Source: Candidatus Uhrbacteria bacterium (lineage in GTDB: Bacteria > Patescibacteriota > Patescibacteriia > UBA9934). From it: 64,000 bases of DNA. The notes beneath the pieces are model-generated. The model ran no database searches. It worked only from the letters and a program-made list of their open reading frames with translations, and was not told the origin of the DNA. Positions within the stretch are counted from its first letter, which is position 1; each line of letters begins with the position of its first letter. The stretch is taken from NCBI GenBank assembly GCA_943359345.1, contig CALRHE010000001.1, forward strand, positions 1,995 to 65,994, read 5' to 3'. Shown piece by piece: positions 9,201 through 16,295 of the stretch. Made by a program: the position numbers and the translations under genes.

Positions 9201-9856
9201 AGCTCATACAGCACAATGCTCGTGGCCATAGCCACATTCAGAGACTCCAGAGTTGGGTTATGAGGAATCATGACCGAGGTCCCGTTGACCTGTAACTTAA
9301 TGCCCTTGCCCTCATTGCCCGCGATCAGAATCCTATGTTTGGGAGAAATTTCCTCTGGTGTCACCGCGCCCTGCTTAAGTTCAAGTCTGAAGACTGGTCG
9401 ATCAAAGGAGGCTAGGAGTGCGGGAGCTTCATCACGCGAAACGGTTTTCCAGGGTACTCGCAAAATCGCGCTGGCACTGGAACGCACAGTTTTTGGATTG
9501 GTGACCTCAGCAGATTCGACCAGCAACAACGAGGCCTCAAAGCCCAGACAGGCGCGCAAGACCGTGCCGACGTTACCGGGATCCTGAACACCATCGAGTA
9601 CGACGATAGTAGGCCGCGAAGCGAGGTCTTCCATGGTCCATTCAGGCACACGAGCCACAGCGGCAGTACCTTGGGGGGCCTCAGTCGAGATCACTTCCCT
9701 ATAAATGGTGGTGTCACGATCAGTAAACGTAAACTCGACTAAAGACCCTGCATCGCGTACAAACTTTTCGCCTTCAATGATAAACATGCCACGCTCTTCG
9801 CGCTCTTTACGTTTCTGGAGGGCTAGGAGCAATCGTTGTTGAGATTTTGATAACAT
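9179..9856 (-). CDS. TrmH/SpoU-family RNA 2'-O-methyltransferase; start probably the internal ATG at 9856 rather than the track's 9928
   Basis: SpoU methylase motifs VVLDGVQDPGNVGTVLRAC, IAGNEGKGI, ESLNVAMATSIVLYEL. The 5' extension to 9928 would translate across an intergenic hairpin repeat (see findings). Confidence 0.8.
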   Translation of the reverse strand: MLSKSQQRLLLALQKRKEREERGMFIIEGEKFVRDAGSLVEFTFTDRDTTIYREVISTEAPQGTAAVARVPEWTMEDLASRPTIVVLDGVQDPGNVGTVLRACLGFEASLLLVESAEVTNPKTVRSSASAILRVPWKTVSRDEAPALLASFDRPVFRLELKQGAVTPEEISPKHRILIAGNEGKGIKLQVNGTSVMIPHNPTLESLNVAMATSIVLYELCRISKS

Positions 9857-9954
9857 AGTCGGTGAGACCCTGAATGAATATGAGGGTCTAGAAAACTGGG
9901 AATGGAAGGCCTTAAATAACCGTTGCACTAGACCCTTCGCCTGCGCTCAGGGTT

Positions 9955-10869
9955 TTATATTTTTAGATACTTGCGCATTGCAAACAAGGTCGTGATCATA
10001 CTTAAGGCCGCTAAGGCCAAAAACTGAGCCCCAAAGATGAGCAGTGCCTTCTCCCAATAATACGTAGTCAAACTTACGTCAACCCCGGTGAAGAAGGAAC
10101 GAATCTGCGGTTCAAGGAATTTTAGGATAAATCCGCAAATGGCAGCCATAATCGTAGTCGCAGCGGCGCTGTAGAAAACCGCCTCTAGCAAAAATGGACC
10201 GCGCACAAACCAATCCTGTGCACCCACCAGCTTCATAACTGCAATCTCGTCCCGATGAACGTAAATAGCCACCCTAATGGTGTTAAACACGATCAGCACT
10301 GAAATCAAGACAAAAAAACCAGCTAATCCCAGGCCTCCCCAACGCACTTGATCGCTAAAGTCTGACAGACGGTCGATCACGGCTTGATGATCAGCAAAGT
10401 TTTTCTCTTTAATATACGGGGCGTACTCTGGGCTGCTGTCTAGGGCCGCCAAAATAAACTCGAAATCTGCGGGGTTATTAGCAGAAATCAGTAACGAATC
10501 CCCGATTGGATTGCCGCCTACCTCTGCAAGGGCTGCCAAGACTTCTGGGTCGTCAGCATGCAGAATTCTAAACGCCTCAAGTGAGTCTGCAGCAGAAATT
10601 ACGGCTACGTCTTTCACCTGTGGCAAGGCGGCCAGATAACCGTGTACCGACTTCTGAATATCTTCACTTGTACCTTGGTTAAAGTAGACTTCAACCTGAA
10701 CTTTGTCTTCAATCGAGTTAATCGTGGCGTCCGCTAAGACGTTCATGACAATCAACATGTTAACCGTAAACAAGGTCAACAATAAAACTGAGGTCGTGAC
10801 AAACGACAACCAAAAATTTCGTAACACACTTTGTCCGGCAAATTTGAGCAGGCGCGCAACAGATCGCAT
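9955..10869 (-). CDS. ftsX: Cell-division permease FtsX
   Basis: Four-TM FtsX topology with large extracytoplasmic loop, C-terminal MKLVGAQDWFVRGPFLLEAV block; immediately downstream of ftsE. Confidence 0.85.
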   Translation of the reverse strand: MRSVARLLKFAGQSVLRNFWLSFVTTSVLLLTLFTVNMLIVMNVLADATINSIEDKVQVEVYFNQGTSEDIQKSVHGYLAALPQVKDVAVISAADSLEAFRILHADDPEVLAALAEVGGNPIGDSLLISANNPADFEFILAALDSSPEYAPYIKEKNFADHQAVIDRLSDFSDQVRWGGLGLAGFFVLISVLIVFNTIRVAIYVHRDEIAVMKLVGAQDWFVRGPFLLEAVFYSAAATTIMAAICGFILKFLEPQIRSFFTGVDVSLTTYYWEKALLIFGAQFLALAALSMITTLFAMRKYLKI

Positions 10870-10871
10870 AC

Positions 10872-11555
10872 TTATCCAAGATGATATTTACCGTGCTCGA
10901 CGTCCGACACAATTTTTCCTTGCTGAATCGTAATCACACGACGACGCATAGCGTTAACGATCTCTCGATCATGAGTGACCAATAAGACCGTAGTCCCGAC
11001 ATCATTAATGCGCTTTAGGAGCTCGATAATCTCTCGCGAAGTGATGGCGTCCAGGTTACCCGTTGGCTCATCAGCCAGAATAATCTTAGGCCTATGCACC
11101 AAAGCCCGAGCTATAGCTACACGTTGCTGTTCACCACCTGACAGCTGACGTGGGTAACGATGCATTTTATCTGATAAGCCGACGATCTTCAAAACTTGCG
11201 GGACGACCTCACGAATGCGTGACGTGGCTGCGCCGGCTACCTCAAGCGCAAAAGCTACGTTCTCAAAAGCTGTTTTTTTGGGGAGTAATTTATAATCTTG
11301 AAACACTACCCCAATCTGTCTACGCAAAACCGGGATTTCCGCCCGTCGAATCTTAGAAATGTCCCAGTCCCCCAAATGAATACTCCCCCGGGTTGGGCTT
11401 TCTTCAGCAAATAAAAGCTTGGCGAGCGTGGTCTTACCAGAGCCGCTCGTACCCACAACCGATACAAATTCCCCGGGCCGGATATGAAAACTAACTCCAT
11501 CCAAGGCCTTGGTCTCAGGTTTATAGATTTTTGAGACGTTTTTAAAGGTGATCAC
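10872..11555 (-). CDS. ftsE: Cell-division ATP-binding protein FtsE
   Basis: ABC ATPase: Walker A GTSGSGKTT, signature LSGGEQQRVAIARAL, Walker B ILADEPTGNLD; 227 aa. Confidence 0.9.
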   Translation of the reverse strand: MITFKNVSKIYKPETKALDGVSFHIRPGEFVSVVGTSGSGKTTLAKLLFAEESPTRGSIHLGDWDISKIRRAEIPVLRRQIGVVFQDYKLLPKKTAFENVAFALEVAGAATSRIREVVPQVLKIVGLSDKMHRYPRQLSGGEQQRVAIARALVHRPKIILADEPTGNLDAITSREIIELLKRINDVGTTVLLVTHDREIVNAMRRRVITIQQGKIVSDVEHGKYHLG

Positions 11556-11618
11556 GGATTGAATTATAGCATGGACAGACTAAATCCTGCATGGTATAAA
11601 TTTCCGCGTTATTACCTT

Positions 11619-11693
11619 GCAGGAGTAGTTCAGTGGTAGAACATTTGCTTCCCAAGCAAAGGGTCGCGGGTTCGAATCCCGTCTCCTGCTCCA
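11619..11693 (+). tRNA. tRNA-Gly (anticodon CCC)
   Basis: Cloverleaf read by hand: acceptor GCAGGAG/CTCCTGC, D-arm GTTC-AGTGGTA-GAAC, anticodon stem TTTGC/GCAAA with loop TTCCCAA, T-arm GCGGG-TTCGAAT-CCCGT, encoded CCA. Confidence 0.85.
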
Positions 11694-11696
11694 TGA

Positions 11697-11817
11697 GAAA
11701 ACCCATTTAAACAGCTGACTACGTTGTCGCCGACCTCCGTCGGCCTCACCGTATTGCATATACGCCTCGGCCTTACTCGGTCGGACTCCTAGTAGCCAAC
11801 TGTTTAAATGGGTTTTC
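11697..11817 (+). ncRNA. Candidate structured RNA or palindromic element: about 120-nt rod-like stem-loop closed by an 18-bp perfect helix, between tRNA-Gly and tRNA-Thr
   Basis: GAAAACCCATTTAAACAG (11697-11714) pairs perfectly with CTGTTTAAATGGGTTTTC (11800-11817); interior has nested hairpins (GCCGAC-CTCC-GTCGGC; CCGACC...GGTCGG). Identity unknown. Confidence 0.3.
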
Positions 11818-11942
11818 GCGAACCGATTCATGAGCCCATGGCCGAACGTAGGGAGGCCAAGGCGAACGACGGATAGACGCAAGTGAGGGTGATCCAAGTT
11901 TATCGAGGACACCCGAACGATAGTCTATCTGGTAGTGAGCAT

Positions 11943-12018
11943 GCCATCTTAGCTCAGTTGGTAGAGCAATACTTTCGTAAAGTAGAGGTCCCGGGTTCGA
12001 ATCCCGGAGATGGCTCCA
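11943..12018 (+). tRNA. tRNA-Thr (anticodon CGT)
   Basis: Acceptor GCCATCT/AGATGGC, D-arm GCTC-AGTTGGTA-GAGC, anticodon loop TTCGTAA, T-arm CCGGG-TTCGAAT-CCCGG, encoded CCA. Confidence 0.85.
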
Positions 12019-12050
12019 AAAATACTCCCATACGCGGGAGTATTTTTGTT
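12019..12050. terminator. Rho-independent terminator after tRNA-Thr (usable from either strand)
   Basis: AAAAATACTCCCATACGCGGGAGTATTTTTGTT: 8-bp stem ATACTCCC/GGGAGTAT, loop ATACGC, T-run; A-run on the other side. Confidence 0.8.
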
Positions 12051-12086
12051 ATTCCGCGGCAGCATGAAGCGCTCGCGTTTTAAAGA

Positions 12087-12938
12087 CTACCAAATAAACA
12101 CCCAAGGCTGGTTGTCGGTCATTATCTGACCAACGACTGACCTAAAAGATTTTTTCTTAACTGCAATACCTCGGAAGTGAATGGCGGCTTGCTCCAAAAC
12201 TTCAGACGGGAAATATTCGATCAACGTAACTGACCAATAAGCATCAGACGCGGCCAGAATCTCAGACACTGTACCCACCTCTTCATCAACCAGTTTTACC
12301 GCTGGCTGTAACCAAGAGGCTAGCGTAGCTAGGCTCACGATACCTAAATCACCTCGTGATAAGGCTGAAGGATCTTGAGAAAAATTTTGGGCTACATCCG
12401 CAAACGGCATCCCCTGAGCAACTTTCTTACGCAGTGATTCCATGGCTGTCAGTGCCTGGGCCTGATAAACATCGTTGTCACTGACAGCTGCCTCAGTCCT
12501 CTGCGCTAGTAACAAAGGCTGAAGAATATATTTGCGATAATCTTTTTCTTGCCACTTAGCCAGCTCTAGGCCAGGACCAATGACTTCTAGATCAATCAGC
12601 TGAGCAGCAATTTCCGCCCGCGTCACGTCTACGTCTAGCTCTTCTGCCAGTGCCTCAACGTATAACCTATACACGCTCACGGATACAGCTCGATCAAAGG
12701 CCTCCGAGTTCTTAGTAGCTCCACCAAAGCCTTTCATGCCGTGAGCCAACTCAACCACGCTCCTATACGACAGGCTCTGACCGTTAGCCTGAACTGCCGG
12801 AATCAAAACCAGGCTAGATACAGGTCTAAATATCCCACCCATAGCATGGGTGATAAAGAAAAACTCACAAAAAATCAGATAAGCAACCAAGCTACCCAGC
12901 CCCAAAATGAGCCCCCGTCGCAAACCTAGGGAGGTCAT
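12087..12938 (-). CDS. Membrane-anchored PpiC/parvulin-type peptidyl-prolyl isomerase (PrsA/SurA-like)
   Basis: N-terminal TM helix; parvulin signature FSQDPSALSRGDLGIV in the C-terminal half. Confidence 0.55.
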   Translation of the reverse strand: MTSLGLRRGLILGLGSLVAYLIFCEFFFITHAMGGIFRPVSSLVLIPAVQANGQSLSYRSVVELAHGMKGFGGATKNSEAFDRAVSVSVYRLYVEALAEELDVDVTRAEIAAQLIDLEVIGPGLELAKWQEKDYRKYILQPLLLAQRTEAAVSDNDVYQAQALTAMESLRKKVAQGMPFADVAQNFSQDPSALSRGDLGIVSLATLASWLQPAVKLVDEEVGTVSEILAASDAYWSVTLIEYFPSEVLEQAAIHFRGIAVKKKSFRSVVGQIMTDNQPWVFIW

Positions 12939-13330
12939 AAATCACTGATAGCGTCAAAACGAGACTGGTTAAAAAAGTAGTACCACCAACGGGTGGGATT
13001 ACTAATACTCTGATCAGTAGCCAAGCTCTGCGCCTCGCCCATAGAGGCCTCTGCCTCAGGCAGCTCAACAATAATCAACTCTTCACCGGGCTCACCCATG
13101 CCACGTTTAGTCCGAGCCTCAGATTCTAAATAATATTCGCTTGAGAGGTCATTAATTAGCGCCAGCGACTCTAGTTTCTGACCTGCCAAACGCTCGTTCT
13201 CAGCTTGAAGAGCCGCGATATCGCGCTCGATTTCGATGTTTCTCCAGTACTCTCTCCCAAAACCCACAAACAAAAAACCTAGAATCACTAAGTTCACAAC
13301 AACTATCAGTGAAAGCTTGGGCCAAGACAT
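12935..13330 (-). CDS. FtsB/DivIC-like septum-formation initiator (single TM plus coiled coil)
   Basis: 131 aa, N-terminal TM (LSLIVVVNLVILGFLFVGF) followed by leucine-zipper-like IERDIAALQAENERLAGQKLESLALINDL; located in the dcw region. Confidence 0.4.
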   Translation of the reverse strand: MSWPKLSLIVVVNLVILGFLFVGFGREYWRNIEIERDIAALQAENERLAGQKLESLALINDLSSEYYLESEARTKRGMGEPGEELIIVELPEAEASMGEAQSLATDQSISNPTRWWYYFFNQSRFDAISDL

Positions 13331-13333
13331 AGA

Positions 13334-14674
13334 CTAGGGCGAAGTGTACCCTATTTTGCTCAAAGCTTTAAGGGCCGCATCTTTGTCATTCCAAGGAATT
13401 TGCCTGCCGCCGGCCACTGTCATAGCTACCTCAGAACCTTTACCTGTAATTACCACCGCGTCACCCGGCTGCGCCATGGCAATCGCCCTATCAATCGCCA
13501 ATTGACGATCTTCCACTACAAATAAATCTTGACCGTCGACCTTACCTGAGGCCCTAGCCCCATCAGCTATCTGCTCCATGATCACAACCGGGTTGTCATC
13601 GTACGGATCCTCGTTAGTCACAATCACAACCGCTTCGTCGGTGGCTGCCAGCTTGCCAAGCTGTGGTCGTTTAACCACGTCCCGTCCCCCGCCCGCAGAT
13701 CCATGCACGCCAATAATCCGCGTTGCTCCGGATGATTTGATCCCTGCCAACAAGGCTTTAAGAGCGTACGGCTCATGGGCGTAATCTATGATGACCGAAA
13801 ATGGTTGACCGGCCGCCAGCTGTTCGTACCTACCTGCCACACCTCGTAAAGTCTCAGCCGCTGCTACCACGTCGGTTAACGAAAAACCTAAGGCCTCAAC
13901 CGTCGCAATCGCTGCCAGTGCATTCAGACGCTGAAACTGGGCTGGCAGATTCAGCCTAGTCGGCACGTCGTTAATAACTGCATTGGTCCCGGCCTCGTCG
14001 CTATTTAGCTCCCGAGCGCGCAGGCACGAATCGCGACTACCCGTTAGGTCCGGCCTAGCGTCAGACCACGTAAAATAAACCTTCCTGTCCGCCGTAAAAC
14101 TTGCAAAATAGCTGGCGTGCTCATCATCGGCGTTAACGATGATCAGTTTGGGGATCTGGCGACCTGAGACTGTTTTTCGTTTACGAGCTGATAAGTGTGC
14201 AAATAAACGACCTTTAGCTTTTTTATAATTTTCAAAACCCCCGTGCGCCTCAATATGCTCGGGCGTCAGGTTAGTAAACACGGCCGCATCATAATTGATG
14301 CCTAAGTGTCGAGACTGCAATATACCTTGTGACGAGGTTTCAACAATCGCGTAAGTGCAACCAGCCTTGACCATGCGTCGCAACAAAGCCTGCAGAGCAA
14401 AGCGTCCCGGCATGGTCATTTTCATGGTGTTGATGATATCCTCCCCGGCAATATTAAAACCAGCTGTCGAAGTGTAGCCAACTTTCTCACCCAGCTCAGT
14501 CAAAAGTTGAGCGATGAAATTCACAGTCGACGATTTCCCGTTTGTACCCGTTACACCAATCACAATCATGTCGTTAGCCGGGGCTCGATACACAGCCACG
14601 GCCAGCTTAGCCAGCACAAAATGATAGACCGTGAGGATTGGCTCGGGAATGTACTTTTTGAGGTAATGGAGCAT
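13334..14674 (-). CDS. murE: Mur ligase, MurE-like (UDP-MurNAc-L-Ala-D-Glu : diamino-acid ligase)
   Basis: Mur ligase P-loop GVTGTNGKSST, NADDEH block, C-terminal TNEDPYDDNP reminiscent of the MurE DNPR region; N-terminal domain shorter than in E. coli MurE. MurE vs MurF not fully resolved. Confidence 0.65.
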   Translation of the reverse strand: MLHYLKKYIPEPILTVYHFVLAKLAVAVYRAPANDMIVIGVTGTNGKSSTVNFIAQLLTELGEKVGYTSTAGFNIAGEDIINTMKMTMPGRFALQALLRRMVKAGCTYAIVETSSQGILQSRHLGINYDAAVFTNLTPEHIEAHGGFENYKKAKGRLFAHLSARKRKTVSGRQIPKLIIVNADDEHASYFASFTADRKVYFTWSDARPDLTGSRDSCLRARELNSDEAGTNAVINDVPTRLNLPAQFQRLNALAAIATVEALGFSLTDVVAAAETLRGVAGRYEQLAAGQPFSVIIDYAHEPYALKALLAGIKSSGATRIIGVHGSAGGGRDVVKRPQLGKLAATDEAVVIVTNEDPYDDNPVVIMEQIADGARASGKVDGQDLFVVEDRQLAIDRAIAMAQPGDAVVITGKGSEVAMTVAGGRQIPWNDKDAALKALSKIGYTSP

Positions 14675-14792
14675 AAGCGACTGTGATCGGCACCCGACCC
14701 TGAGCAGAGGCGAAGGGTCTAGCGGACGGTGAAAAGCCGTGCCGATTGATGGATCCTTCCTTACGTCATGATCTTGGAGCGTCCAGCTCGTT

Positions 14793-16247
14793 TTACAGGT
14801 TTCTCACCTCCTCACGGAACTGTTCACCGCGATCAAACTCGTTCTTGAACATGTTGAAGCTAGCAGCACCCGGCGACAAAATTACGGTATCGCCGGTCTT
14901 GGCGATCGAACGAGCTTTCTGGACCGCCTCCTTCATTGAATCAGCTGTGTGCAAAGTTACTTTGCCAGCAATTTTTTCGCGAATCATGTCAGAGGCCGTG
15001 CCTGGGAACAGGATCACCGCTTTCGAGCTCGCCACCAAAGCCTCAGCCATGGTGTCGTAGGTCAATTTCTTGTCGACACCGCCGCAGATAGTAATCAGAT
15101 GCTCTTTGTCGCCAAAGCGTTTCATAGCAGCCACTACCGCTTCTGGAGCAGTTGCTGCCGTATCGTTGATGAAGCTAATCTCATCGACCTCGCGAATAAG
15201 TTCCTGTCGATCCGGAACGCCCTTGAAGTCTTTAAGCACTTTAGCGATCGCCTCGACTGTCACGCCACGCAACATGGCCGCACACGTAGCCGACAAAATA
15301 TTCTCTAGATTATGCTCACCGCCCAAGGCGACCTCACTCAAAGGTAAGATCGTAAACTCATCGCCATCGCGGCGGAACACGATCTTGTCTGCTTTAATGT
15401 AACAGCCGTTAGCGTCTTGATAGTTTTTTGAAAACCAGAAGAGCTGGCCCTTAACGCGCGGCGCCATGGAGCGCACCAGGTCATGATCTTGATTCAAAAC
15501 CGTGTACTGATCTCTCTGTTGGTACTCAAAAATAATTTCTTTAGACTTCTGATAATCCTCGTAGCTAGCGTAACGGTTCAAGTGATCGGGGAAGACGTTG
15601 GTCAGAACTGAAATCTCTGGTCCATGCTTGAGCTCGCTGAAAGCTCCCGGTAAACTCTCAAGCATCCATGATGACAACTCGAGCACAATCGGTGTTGAGG
15701 CGTTATGCGCTAGGAGATCATCAAGAAATTCCAGTGGCGAGACTCGGACATTACCTGCCGTAATCGCTTTGTCGTCGAGGCCCTTCAGCATTTCGCCAAG
15801 CAGTAAAGTTGTTGTTGTCTTGCCCTTAGTGCCCGTGACTGCACAAACTGGAAAATGGAAATAACGGAAAAACAAACTTACGTCAGACTCGATGTGAACA
15901 CCCTTGGCTTTGGCGGCTTGGATATACTCGGACTCACTCGGGACGCCTGGATTTTGGACCACCACATCCACGTTCTCAAAATCCTCTTTGCGATGCTCAC
16001 CTAGAACAAAAACCGGCTGGTAGATCGTCCGATCTGGATACATTTGACGATATTTTTCGTACCACTCCATCACCAAGTCAACCGAATCCTTGAGCTCAGT
16101 CGTGTCTTTCAGGTCCGTAATCACAGTTTGAGCCCCGTGGCGCATAAGCCACTTGGCGGTCCCAAGACCGCTGCCCTGTTTATAGATCCCCAAACCCATG
16201 ACCGTGACGACCGCATCTTTAAAGTTTTCGATTCGGGACAAATCCAT
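14793..16247 (-). CDS. murD: UDP-N-acetylmuramoylalanine--D-glutamate ligase MurD
   Basis: Rossmann-like N-domain (VMGLGIYKQGSGLGTAKWL), P-loop VTGTKGKTTTT, C-terminal Mur ligase domain. Confidence 0.88.
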   Translation of the reverse strand: MDLSRIENFKDAVVTVMGLGIYKQGSGLGTAKWLMRHGAQTVITDLKDTTELKDSVDLVMEWYEKYRQMYPDRTIYQPVFVLGEHRKEDFENVDVVVQNPGVPSESEYIQAAKAKGVHIESDVSLFFRYFHFPVCAVTGTKGKTTTTLLLGEMLKGLDDKAITAGNVRVSPLEFLDDLLAHNASTPIVLELSSWMLESLPGAFSELKHGPEISVLTNVFPDHLNRYASYEDYQKSKEIIFEYQQRDQYTVLNQDHDLVRSMAPRVKGQLFWFSKNYQDANGCYIKADKIVFRRDGDEFTILPLSEVALGGEHNLENILSATCAAMLRGVTVEAIAKVLKDFKGVPDRQELIREVDEISFINDTAATAPEAVVAAMKRFGDKEHLITICGGVDKKLTYDTMAEALVASSKAVILFPGTASDMIREKIAGKVTLHTADSMKEAVQKARSIAKTGDTVILSPGAASFNMFKNEFDRGEQFREEVRNL

Positions 16248-16295
16248 ATAACCCTAATAACTATTTTCGAATAGCTGCAGCCATTCCTTGCCTAG

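Noticed and set aside
9857-9928. Track start of the TrmH-family gene at 9928 (GTG)
   Set aside because: Using it would force translation through a conserved intergenic hairpin repeat and leave no spacer after the ftsX stop; the ATG at 9856 gives a normal-length SpoU methyltransferase. Kept as uncertain.
11697-11817. Possible CRISPR repeat or array at the long inverted repeat
   Set aside because: Only a single inverted repeat pair, not a series of direct repeats with spacers; no cas genes anywhere in the window.
11580-11912. 110-aa minus-strand ORF
   Set aside because: It covers tRNA-Gly and the structured spacer; an artefact of a stop-free frame over RNA genes.
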